From positions 1,664,001 to 1,728,000 of the forward strand of contig OZ253553.1 of NCBI GenBank assembly GCA_965262715.1: a stretch of DNA of 64,000 nucleotides. Direction: 5' to 3'. The position numbers and the translations under genes are program-made. The notes below the pieces were generated by a model that saw nothing but the letters and a program-made list of their open reading frames with translations, was not told the DNA's origin and ran no database searches. The number at the start of each line of letters is the position of its first letter. Positions within the stretch are counted from its first letter, which is position 1. Shown one piece after another: positions 10,604 through 19,723 of this stretch. This DNA is from Bdellovibrionales bacterium. Lineage in GTDB: Bacteria > Bdellovibrionota > Bdellovibrionia > Bdellovibrionales > JAUICD01.

Positions 10604-10941
10604 TTCTTCAATATTTTTTTTCAGCATTTAAACCGTCTTTTAAGCCATTGTAGAGTAAGCTAAGCGTCAAATACATATTCTTTGTGACAAAAAAGGTCAT
10701 ATTTAAGAGGTTAAAAAACTTCTAGATTGTAAAGTGTCTTAACTTTGAGATAAACCACCTAAGTGATTTTAGTATAGATCAGGATAAGCTGAATACTTTT
10801 TAAGAAAGAAAGGCTTTCTATGAACTACTTAAAGTATTATGAATCTGATTTCTTTGTATTAAATAAGAATTTGTTACTCAAATATAAATATATAAAAGAT
10901 ATCTTAGTTTAACAGAGATATATGTTGTATCAAATAATTCG

Positions 10942-10997
10942 AAAAAACAAAAGCCAAGCTAGGGGAACTTGGCTTTATAAGGGATTAAGGGGGATAC
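10942..10997 (-). ncRNA. Candidate sigma54-dependent small RNA, copy 2
   Basis: Identical to copy 1. Confidence 0.6.
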
Positions 10998-11362
10998 TTT
11001 ATTAAAATGCAAAGCCTATGCCGTTCTTCAATATTTTTTTTCAGCATTTAAACCGTCTCTTAAGCCATTACTAGTGTAAGCTAAGCGTCAAATACATATT
11101 CTTTGTGACAAAAAAGGTCATATTTAAGAGGTTAAAAAACTTCTAGATTATAAAGCGTCTTAACTTTGAGATAAACCACCTAAGTGATTTTAGTATAGAT
11201 CATGATAAGCCGAATACTTTTTAAGAAAGAAAGGCTTTCTATGAACTACTTAAAGTATTATGAATCTGATTTCTTTGTATTAAATAAGAATTTGTTACTC
11301 AAATATAAATATATAAAGAGCATCTTAGTTTAACAGAGATATATGTTGTATCAAATAATTCG

Positions 11363-11418
11363 AAAAAACAAAAGCCAAGCTAGGGGAACTTGGCTTTATA
11401 AGGGATTAAGGGGGATAC
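11363..11418 (-). ncRNA. Candidate sigma54-dependent small RNA, copy 3
   Basis: Identical to copy 1. Confidence 0.6.
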
Positions 11419-11781
11419 TTTATTAAAGTGCAAAGCCTATGCCGTTCTTCAATATTTTTTTTCAGCATTTAAACCATCTTTTAAGCCATTATAGAGTAAG
11501 CTAAGCGTCAAATACATATTCTTTGTGACAAAAAAGGTCATATTTAAGAGGTTAAAAAACTTCTAGATTATAAAGCATCTTAATTTTGAGATAAACCACC
11601 TAAGTGATTTTAGTACAGATCATGATAAGCTGAATACTTTTTAAAAGAGGAAGGCTTTCTATGAACTACTTAAAGTATTATGAATCTGATTTCTTTGTAT
11701 TAAATAAGAATTTGTTACTCAAATATAAATATATAAAGATATCTTAGTTTAACAGAGATATATTTTGTATCAAATAATTCG

Positions 11782-11837
11782 AAAAAACAAAAGCCAAGCT
11801 AGGGGAACTTGGCTTTATAAGGGATTAAGGGGGATAC
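11782..11837 (-). ncRNA. Candidate sigma54-dependent small RNA, copy 4
   Basis: Identical to copy 1. Confidence 0.6.
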
Positions 11838-12079
11838 TTTATTAAAGTGCAAAGCCTATGCCGTTCTTCAATATTTTTTTTCAGCATTTAAACCGTCTTT
11901 TAAGCCATTATAGAGTAAGCTCAGCGTCAAACACATATTCTTTGTGACAAAAAAGGTCATATTTAAGAGGTTAAAAAACTTCTAGATCATAAAGTGTCTT
12001 AGTTTTGAGACAAATCATCTAAGTGATTTGAGTATAGACCATAGTCAGCCGAATACTTTTTAAGAAAGAAAGGCTTTCT

Positions 12080-14107
12080 ATGAACTATATCTACCTTACA
12101 CAATCTTTACTTTATCGTTTGATTTGGCTCTCAATTTTATTTTTGGTCCTAGTTAGATGTAGTGGTAGCGGTAGTAGCACCAACCCTAGTCAATCGATAT
12201 CAGTTACAGATATTGAGAATGATACTGTACCTAAGCTTTCAAAAGAATGGGAATGGAGCTGTGATAGTGATACACTTTGTCGTTTCCGTTTTGCTATTAA
12301 TCAATCACAAACCCATATTTTTTCTGAAAATGATGACTATAGTAGCGAAACTACAAAAATAGAAGAGCTTGGAGATAAGGATGAAGGGATGTATTATCTT
12401 CATGTACAAGCTAAAGATCTATCTGGTAACGAATCAAATGTAAAAACAGCATTATTTATTTTGGAGCTTCCTAGAAGTTCTGCATCTGAAATATCATTAG
12501 TTTTAGTTGATCCAATACCTCAAGCAAACTCTCTTTATCGAAGTCATACACCAACTATCGAAGTTCGTAGAGATGGAGGAGAAAGCTTAGGGCTTAATCA
12601 ACAATTAAAGTTCTATAATGCAGAGAATTGTAATTCTTTGAATGCAATTTCTGATCTTATGGCTCCAAAAACAAATATATTATCTGCTCCATTAACTACC
12701 AATTATTTACACCATGGTATTCATAATATTTATGTTGGAATAAGAACAAAGGTTCAAAATGGGCAAGATAGTTTCGAATGTGGTACTAAACCACTATCAT
12801 ATGTGGTTTATGACCCTATTGTCACAGGCCATAAGTTTTCTTGTCGCTTAAACGCTACAGGTTCAGTTAAATGTTGGGGAAAAAATGATGAAGGTCAGTT
12901 AGGACAAGGTAATAGCAATGAATCAGGAAAAGAGGCTATCGGTGATGGCACAAATGAGATGGGAAACAATTTGCCGGCAGTGAACTTAGGCAATAATCGT
13001 ACTGCCAGATTTATTACGGCAGGAATTCAACATGTATGTGCCATCTTAGATAACAATAGTGTGAAGTGTTGGGGAAAAAATGATCAAGGCCAATTAGGTC
13101 AGGGTAATAGCAATGAATCAGGAAAAGAGGTTATTGGTGATGATATAAACGAGATGGGAGATAACTTACCAGAAGTTGATTTAGGAGAAAACCGCACAGT
13201 TAAAGTTATTGCCGCAGGAGGTGATTATACATGCGCTATTTTAGATAATAATGACCTTAAATGTTGGGGGAAGAATAATGAATACCAGCTAGGAATAGCT
13301 CTTAATACAAAAACATACGGTGATGATGCTGATGAAATGGGAGATAATTTGCCAAAAGTTGATTTAGGAGATCATTACACAGCTAAGGCTGTTTCAGCAG
13401 GAAACGACCGTGCATGTGCTATTCTAAATAACGATAGTGTAAAATGTTGGGGAAGAAGAGGGTTTTTAGATACTGAAAGTGATGAAACCCCATTATTCAT
13501 CGAAATACAAACTTCTGATCCCAATTTGGGTAGACCTTATAATGTTAACTTAGGGGTAGGTCGCACAGCTAAGATTGTTACAGCAGGAGGTTATCATACA
13601 TGTACTATCTTAGATAATGATCAAGTGAAGTGTTGGGGCTTAAATGATGAAGGTCAGCTAGGATTAGGTGATACAGAAAATCGTGGCGATGACCTCAATG
13701 AGATGGGAGATAATTTGCCAGAGATTAATTTAGGAGTAGATCGCATAGCTAAAGCTATTACAGCAGGAGATAAACATACATGCGCTATTCTTGCTTTGGG
13801 TAATGACCACTTTGTAAAGTGCTGGGGATATAATGGTAAAGGGCAACTAGGATTAGGTGATGTACATTCTCGTAGTGATGAAGAAGATGAAAACGTGGGT
13901 GACTTGCAAGAGGTTGATCTTGGATCAACTCTTATTGTTAAAGCTATCGCAGCCGGAGATGAACATACATGCGCTCTCTTAGGTGATGCTGATGATGTTA
14001 AATGCTGGGGATATAATGATAAGGGTCAACTTGGTCAAGAAGATAATGATTCACGTGGTAATGAGCCTAATGAGATGGGAGATAACTTATCTGAAATAAA
14101 ATTATAA
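12080..14107 (+). CDS. RCC1/BLIP-II repeat beta-propeller lipoprotein
   Basis: Lipobox-like LVRC-SGSG; seven repeats of AGxxHTCAILDNxxVKCWGxNxxGQLG. Confidence 0.9.
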   Translation: MNYIYLTQSLLYRLIWLSILFLVLVRCSGSGSSTNPSQSISVTDIENDTVPKLSKEWEWSCDSDTLCRFRFAINQSQTHIFSENDDYSSETTKIEELGDKDEGMYYLHVQAKDLSGNESNVKTALFILELPRSSASEISLVLVDPIPQANSLYRSHTPTIEVRRDGGESLGLNQQLKFYNAENCNSLNAISDLMAPKTNILSAPLTTNYLHHGIHNIYVGIRTKVQNGQDSFECGTKPLSYVVYDPIVTGHKFSCRLNATGSVKCWGKNDEGQLGQGNSNESGKEAIGDGTNEMGNNLPAVNLGNNRTARFITAGIQHVCAILDNNSVKCWGKNDQGQLGQGNSNESGKEVIGDDINEMGDNLPEVDLGENRTVKVIAAGGDYTCAILDNNDLKCWGKNNEYQLGIALNTKTYGDDADEMGDNLPKVDLGDHYTAKAVSAGNDRACAILNNDSVKCWGRRGFLDTESDETPLFIEIQTSDPNLGRPYNVNLGVGRTAKIVTAGGYHTCTILDNDQVKCWGLNDEGQLGLGDTENRGDDLNEMGDNLPEINLGVDRIAKAITAGDKHTCAILALGNDHFVKCWGYNGKGQLGLGDVHSRSDEEDENVGDLQEVDLGSTLIVKAIAAGDEHTCALLGDADDVKCWGYNDKGQLGQEDNDSRGNEPNEMGDNLSEIKL

Positions 14108-14181
14108 AATAGGCTGGGTTATACATACAAATATTCATCGAGTATCAATAGAGATGCCTGACTCTTTTTAATTAATATGTG

Positions 14182-14243
14182 AAAAAAAGAAAAGCCAAGT
14201 TATACAACTTGGCTTTTTGTTAGAAATTAATTAGGGGGTATAC
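14182..14243 (-). ncRNA. Candidate sigma54-dependent small RNA, diverged copy 5
   Basis: GUAUACCCCCUAAU...AAAGCCAAGUU-GUAU-AACUUGGCUUU then U-tract; same spacing from a GG-N10-GC motif. Confidence 0.6.
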
Positions 14244-14253
14244 TTTATTAAAT

Positions 14254-14269
14254 AGCAAATCTTGTGCCG
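14254..14269 (-). promoter_or_regulatory. sigma54 promoter motif
   Basis: Minus strand CGGCACAAGATTTGCT, near-consensus YTGGCAC-N5-TTGCW; palindrome TAGTGATAA-N5-TTATCACTA upstream (~14346-14368). Confidence 0.7.
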
Positions 14270-14394
14270 TTTCAAGACACTTTTAAAAGGGTTTAAACCA
14301 GCTTTTAATCATCAGAACTGTCTACTAACTGTCAAATATATCACCTAGTGATAAAAAGATTATCACTAATCACTTATGATTTTTTCTAAAATTA

Positions 14395-14491
14395 TTAGAA
14401 CTCATCTCAAAATTACTTCTAATGTCCACGTTTTCAAAACAACCTCTTAATTTAAGTACTGTATAAAAGAACTGTTTCACTCAAAATGAAC
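14395..14491 (+). repeat. 97-bp inverted repeat, left arm (pairs with 15784-15880)
   Basis: About 93/97 identical to the reverse complement of 15784-15880. Confidence 0.9.
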
Positions 14492-14606
14492 TAACCTCTC
14501 GAGGCGAACCTCTCAAGGCGAACCTCTGGCCATTTTCTGGTGATGATCCCGACAGTTTGCACTGTCGGTAAAATGATCATCACCTAGAAAACTTGTTCAT
14601 TTTGAG
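14480..14606 (+). repeat. Structured intergenic repeat, family A
   Basis: CTCAAAATGAAC...GTTCATTTTGAG arms, 14-bp internal tandem CCTCTC(G/A)AGGCGAA, nested stems. Confidence 0.8.
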
Positions 14607-14751
14607 TAGGAAAGATCCTCTTTATTTTTTTAAATCATGTTAAGGAAAGCTTTTTATTTTTATCATAAGGCATTGGCTGGGAGGACTATTTCAGAAGCCT
14701 GCTGCTGCATGCTTTTAATTTCAGAAACTTATTACAAAAGGTAAACAGTCA

Positions 14752-15291
14752 TTAATTCACTGGGTTGATATTTTGTAGATAAAACTGAAACTCTTTGATG
14801 CTTTCTCTAATGTCATCTAAGGCTTTATGTGTATTTTGCTTTTTAAATTCTTGGCCAAATTTATGTTTTAAGATGAGCTTCCAAGAAGTGATATCCAACA
14901 TGCGATAATTAAGAAGCTCATTGAACCTAGAAAGATGTTTCTTAATAAATAATCGATCTTGATGAATGGAGTTGCCAGCAATAATAACTTCCTTTTTTTT
15001 AAAGTACTTGTGGGCAAGAGCCATCAGATCATCCTCAACCTGAGATGGAGGTTTACCCATTGGCACTTTTTTAACTAAACCTGTCTCTGTGTGTGTCTTT
15101 GTGTTCCATTTGTCCATATTATCCAAAAAAGATTGAGGTTGCTTAACAACAGCATGGTATTTATCAAACTCCTTAAAGTCTAGATCTGTGATAATGGCAG
15201 CTACTTCAATAATGACTTCTTTTTCTGAATCTAAACCTGTCATTTCTAAGTCAATCCAAAAAATCTTATCCATATCCATAATAAACTCCAA
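14752..15291 (-). CDS. orn: Oligoribonuclease
   Basis: WIDLEMTGLD, IIEVAAIITD, GNSIHQDRLF, YRMLDITS, HKALDDIRESI. Confidence 0.95.
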   Translation of the reverse strand: MEFIMDMDKIFWIDLEMTGLDSEKEVIIEVAAIITDLDFKEFDKYHAVVKQPQSFLDNMDKWNTKTHTETGLVKKVPMGKPPSQVEDDLMALAHKYFKKKEVIIAGNSIHQDRLFIKKHLSRFNELLNYRMLDITSWKLILKHKFGQEFKKQNTHKALDDIRESIKEFQFYLQNINPVN

Positions 15292-15434
15292 ATATTCTTT
15301 TACCTATAAAATAAAATCTATAACATTGTGTAAAAAACGAAGAGTATCTACCTACTCAAAGTAAACGGATTTTTGAGTGAAATAAACCAGTGCCATTTAA
15401 ATACCATCATTTTTGTCTTTCTCCTTGTTTTTAT

Positions 15435-15723
15435 TAGAACTCATCTCACAAAATAATATTTTACATTCTACAATTCGATCCCTCAAATACTATAAAACTT
15501 TACTTTTGAGATGGCTTCTAGATTCTAATGGCAGGTACTTTATCTCAAAGAAAGCGTATTGCTCTTAATTTATATCAGCTTATCATACTTATACAAACCT
15601 ATTTTCAATAGAAATATGTGTTTTTTATGAAAGATTTTTAGAAGCCATCTCAAAAATACATGATAGCAGTAAATAATACGAAATTGCAAAATACAAAACA
15701 TAATATAACTAAAGATGGCTTCT
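15435..15723. mobile_element. Two family B MITE-like elements (15435-15520, 15639-15723)
   Basis: TAGAACTCATCTCAC...TTTTGAGATGGCTTCTA and TAGAAGCCATCTCAAAA...AAAGATGGCTTCT. Confidence 0.55.
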
Positions 15724-15725
15724 TA

Positions 15726-15795
15726 CTCAAAATGGACAGACTTGACGAGAGCCACAATAGTGGCCCTACGGAAAGCCGGAAGGGTCCATTTTGAG
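15726..15795 (-). repeat. Short family A element
   Basis: CTCAAAATGGAC...GTCCATTTTGAG arms with internal hairpin GCCAC-AATA-GTGGC. Confidence 0.65.
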
Positions 15796-15880
15796 TGAAA
15801 CAGTTCTTTTATGCGGTACTTAAATTAAGAGGTTGTTTTGAAAACGTGGGCATTAGAAGTAATTTTGAGATGAGTTCTAA
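15784..15880 (-). repeat. 97-bp inverted repeat, right arm
   Basis: Reverse complement of 14395-14491. Confidence 0.9.
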
Positions 15881-15998
15881 ATATTATGAAGAAATTCTAT
15901 GCTTACAAAGGAATGAAAGGGTAGATATTATAAGGTTTAAGAGTTTGACTTTAAAAGAGAATACTTGTAGCTATGTGTATTGATCTAAGGATAAATTT

Positions 15999-18323
15999 AT
16001 GTATTTTTTAAAAAGAGTGCTATTAATGTCATTTTTACTATGGCCCTTGGCGTCTTATGGACAAGAGTCAGAAAATGTGACTCTCAGTCAGGTTGTAGTG
16101 AAAGGAAATGACAGGATTCAAACTGATGCCATTTCAACTCAGATTAAAACTGAAAAAGGACTTTCATATTCTGAATCTGATTTACGTGAAAGTGTTCGAG
16201 CAGATGTGCTTCGATTATATCAAATGGGGTATTTCTATAATATTGAAGTGGATCAAACAGATGGTATCTTAACTTATACAATAACGGAAAAACCATTTGT
16301 TACCACACTTGTTTTTGATGGAAATGATGAACTTTCAGATGAAGATTTACAGGATGCTCTAGATGTAAAGCCTTATGAATTTTTGAATGTTTCATCTATT
16401 CAGGTAGCTGTTGAGAAATTACAAAAGTTATATGAAGAAAAGGGGTTTTTCTTAGCAAAGTTAAGTTATCAGCTAGAATATCTTGAAAATAATGCGGCAA
16501 AGCTGACTTTTCAAATTCAAGAAAATGACAAAGTGAAAGTCAAGGACATTACCATTTTAGGTAATGAAAACCTCTCTGACGATCAATTGACCTCGCTTAT
16601 GCTGACTAAAGAAAAAGGTTTATTTAGCTTCCTTTCTGGCTCAGGTCAGTATCGTCAGGAATTCTTTGAAAGAGATGCGCAAGTTTTGAAACTGATTTAT
16701 TATAATGAAGGCTATATCAATGTACAAGTTGATTTACCTAGAGTTTATATTTCCCCTGATCGAAAAAGTATTTCTATTCGCATTTCTGTCAATGAGGGAA
16801 ATAGGTATAAGATAGGAGATGTAAGTGTTAACAGCGATGAACTTTTTTCTGCAGAGCAGCTTTTAGATAAAGTTAATATTAAAGATAGCGAGTTTTTTGC
16901 TTATAATGTCCTGCAATCGGATTTAAGCAGGTTGCAAGCTATGTACGGGGATTTGGGTTATGCCTATACCAATGTTGTACCTCAAACTCAAATTAATGAG
17001 AAAGAACGTAAAGTCGATATCACTTTTGAGATAGAAAAGGGCAATAAAGTTTCTTTTGGTAGAATTTCTATCATCGGTAATGACAAAACAAGGGATAAGG
17101 TCATTAGAAGAGAGATGAGCATCAAAGAAGGCGAACTTTACCATGAGACACATAAAAGACAGTCTATTGCCAATATTAGGAGGCTTGGATATTTTGAGGA
17201 GGTTGATTTTCAGCAAAAACCTCGTCCGAATCAGCCTCATATTATGGATATTGAGATTCATGTGACAGAAAGGAGTACAGACAGTATTCAATTACAAGTT
17301 GGTTATAATGGAAGAGATGGTTTTATGGGTACTATCAGACTGCAAAGTTATAACCTCTTTGGGAGAGGACAAAGCCTTGCGCTTGGCGCATCCACAAATA
17401 CCACTGCTTATAGTTTTGGCAGCCCACTTGCCATGGACTATTTCTTGCAGTTTACAGAGCCTTACTTCTTAGATTCTTTATGGTCTACAGGTATAGATTT
17501 GTATCATAGAGAGTTTTTTATTTTTGAGGATGGTTATAGAGAGAGAAGATCAGGAGGAGCTTTGAGATTAGGTTATCCTTTAGCTTCTTACCTAAGAGGT
17601 TTTGTCACTTATAAGTATTATTATGTCGGCATAGGAACAGAGGAAGAGTTTGATGCAACTATACCCACATTTTCAGATGTCAATTCAGCAATTGGGCATA
17701 GGAGTATCGTAGGCTTATCATTACAATACGATAGGCGAGATGATCGTCTTTTTCCTCAAAATGGTGTATTTTTTTCATCATCAATGGAGTATGCAGGGGC
17801 TGGAGGTGGTAAAAAATACATAGAAGGCTTCTTTAATGCCCGTTTTTTTAAAGAAATCTTCTGGGGGATTGTGCTTCGTAATAATTTGGTGTACTCTTTT
17901 TTAGCAGCTCCGGAAGGTCATACAGTTCCTTTTAATCAGCTTTTTAGATTAGGAGGTTCAGAGACTTTGAGAGGCTATGATTGGATTAGTGTTGGTAGAA
18001 CAGAAAAATCTGCAAACCGTGATAGAAGAAGTGGTAGAAGGATAGATAAAGTTGTTGGTGGCTCCCAACAGCTTTATTATAACTTGGAACTTCAATTTCC
18101 ATTACTTTCACGTATTAAGATGTTAGGAGTTTTATTTTTTGATATTGGTTATGCAGAGGATGAATTCCGCTTAGAAAATCTTAGAAGTAATGTAGGATTT
18201 GGATTTCGCTTAAATACACCAATATCTCCAATAAGAATAGAGTTTGGAATACCAATTAGAAAGAGAGCTCATGAAAGTGGTTTTGTGGTACAATTTGGTT
18301 TAGGATCACTTGCACCTTTTTAA
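15999..18323 (+). CDS. bamA: Outer membrane protein assembly factor BamA
   Basis: POTRA repeats, GNDKTRDKVIRRE, LRGY motif, C-terminal barrel. Confidence 0.95.
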   Translation: MYFLKRVLLMSFLLWPLASYGQESENVTLSQVVVKGNDRIQTDAISTQIKTEKGLSYSESDLRESVRADVLRLYQMGYFYNIEVDQTDGILTYTITEKPFVTTLVFDGNDELSDEDLQDALDVKPYEFLNVSSIQVAVEKLQKLYEEKGFFLAKLSYQLEYLENNAAKLTFQIQENDKVKVKDITILGNENLSDDQLTSLMLTKEKGLFSFLSGSGQYRQEFFERDAQVLKLIYYNEGYINVQVDLPRVYISPDRKSISIRISVNEGNRYKIGDVSVNSDELFSAEQLLDKVNIKDSEFFAYNVLQSDLSRLQAMYGDLGYAYTNVVPQTQINEKERKVDITFEIEKGNKVSFGRISIIGNDKTRDKVIRREMSIKEGELYHETHKRQSIANIRRLGYFEEVDFQQKPRPNQPHIMDIEIHVTERSTDSIQLQVGYNGRDGFMGTIRLQSYNLFGRGQSLALGASTNTTAYSFGSPLAMDYFLQFTEPYFLDSLWSTGIDLYHREFFIFEDGYRERRSGGALRLGYPLASYLRGFVTYKYYYVGIGTEEEFDATIPTFSDVNSAIGHRSIVGLSLQYDRRDDRLFPQNGVFFSSSMEYAGAGGGKKYIEGFFNARFFKEIFWGIVLRNNLVYSFLAAPEGHTVPFNQLFRLGGSETLRGYDWISVGRTEKSANRDRRSGRRIDKVVGGSQQLYYNLELQFPLLSRIKMLGVLFFDIGYAEDEFRLENLRSNVGFGFRLNTPISPIRIEFGIPIRKRAHESGFVVQFGLGSLAPF

Positions 18324-18378
18324 AGGTTTGATTATTAAAAAGGAAAAGTCGTTTTTAAGATTTTAAAGGAGAGTTATT

Positions 18379-18942
18379 ATGAGATTTGTAAAAGTTGTAA
18401 TTTTAGTAAGTATATTTTTGTTTGGAGGAGCCATCTTAGCTGATGCTGATAAAACGACAGGCTTAAAAATCGGCTACGTAGATATGAACGAGGCTCTTAT
18501 ATCTACTAAAGCAGGTCAAAAAGCTGATCAGCAATTACAAAGTGAATTTAAGAAAAAGCAGAAAGAGTTAGGAGCGAAAGAAGAGGATATAAAAGCCATG
18601 CTTCAAAATTTAAAGAAGCAAGCCATGGTGATTTCTGATGAAGTTCGCGCGCAGAAAGAGAAAGCATTATATGAAGAGCAGTTAAGGTTTCAAAAGTTGG
18701 TTGCAGAGAGCAATGTTGGCATTCAAAAAAGAGAGATGTCATTAAAAGAGCCTATTTTAGATAAATTACGTGATGTGATTGATGATATTGCTAAAAAAGA
18801 GAAGTACGACATGATCTTACAAAAAGCAGATATCACCATTCTGTGGGCTAAACGTGAATTTGACCTTACAGATCGAGTGGTTAAAACTTTTGATAACATG
18901 AAGAAAAGCAGCAACAAAAAGAAAAGCAGCGATAAGAAGTAA
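18379..18942 (+). CDS. skp: OmpH/Skp periplasmic chaperone
   Basis: KIGYVDM start, coiled coil, DLTDRVV end; follows bamA. Confidence 0.9.
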   Translation: MRFVKVVILVSIFLFGGAILADADKTTGLKIGYVDMNEALISTKAGQKADQQLQSEFKKKQKELGAKEEDIKAMLQNLKKQAMVISDEVRAQKEKALYEEQLRFQKLVAESNVGIQKREMSLKEPILDKLRDVIDDIAKKEKYDMILQKADITILWAKREFDLTDRVVKTFDNMKKSSNKKKSSDKK

Positions 18943-19024
18943 TAAAATATTGGTTTAATAGAAATTGTCTTTATAGTGGATAGTGATAATGAAAGGATAA
19001 AGAAACCTTAAAAGAAAGGTTTAT

Positions 19025-19507
19025 TTGATGGGAGTTGGTAAGAATTCATTAGACACTTGTGATATCATTTCTATTTTACCACATCGGCATCCTTTTTTAT
19101 TAGTAGATAAGGTTTTACAGCGCAGGCGGCCTGATAATTTAGAAAAAGGGGATTGGAAAGGGGCTTACCTTCTTGCCGTTAAGAATGTAACCATTAATGA
19201 GCCTTATTTTCCTGGGCATTTTCCAGATAGTCCCATTATGCCAGGAGTGATGATTATAGAAGCTATGGCTCAAGCAGCAGCTCTTTTAGTAGAGCGTCCA
19301 CACCCTAGCAAAGATAAATGGAGTTTTGTTTTAGGAGGGATTAAAAAGGCAAGGTTTTACAAGCCTGTTTGCCCTGGTGACTGTGTACAAATGCATGTGA
19401 ATATATTAAATGCAAAAAGAAATAATACTGTTTATCTCTTCGAGGTAAAAGCTTTAGTAGATGATGTCAAAAAAGCAGAAGCAACTATCACTGCACAGAT
19501 GTTTTAA
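19025..19507 (+). CDS. fabZ: 3-hydroxyacyl-ACP dehydratase
   Basis: LPHRHPFLLVDK, KNVTINEPYFPGHFP, PIMPGVMIIEAMAQ. Confidence 0.95.
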   Translation: MMGVGKNSLDTCDIISILPHRHPFLLVDKVLQRRRPDNLEKGDWKGAYLLAVKNVTINEPYFPGHFPDSPIMPGVMIIEAMAQAAALLVERPHPSKDKWSFVLGGIKKARFYKPVCPGDCVQMHVNILNAKRNNTVYLFEVKALVDDVKKAEATITAQMF

Positions 19508-19723
19508 GATTCATAATTAGGGACTACTTCCCTTTTCAAGTTTTTCATTTTCCATGAGAATCTGGTAAATCGGCAAACTGTTCTTATGTTTCCGGGAATG
19601 GTTGATGACTTCCTTGTTTGACAGATTGCCAGTTAAAAAAGACTTAATAAGATATGGTTTGTAATTCAATATATTATTTTAAAATAGCAACAGCCTCTAA
19701 TATAGTTAGAATGTTTCAGAAAT

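Larger units (their letters stand above)
10509..12087. repeat. Tandem repeat of ~420-bp unit, ~3.75 copies
   Basis: Units start at 10509, 10929, 11350, 11769 (periods 420/421/419) with only scattered substitutions. Confidence 0.97.

Noticed and set aside
10820..10912. 30-aa ORF MNYLKYYESD... in the 420-bp repeat units
   Set aside because: Very short, shortened by a frameshift in copy 3, and AT-rich; it shares only its start with the RCC1 gene, so it is likely a by-product of the duplication
10509..12087. 420-bp array as a CRISPR or integron cassette array
   Set aside because: Units are near-identical along their whole length with no variable spacers or cassettes
15795..15983. 62-aa ORF upstream of bamA
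   Set aside because: Lies largely in the inverted-repeat arm; no coding signature
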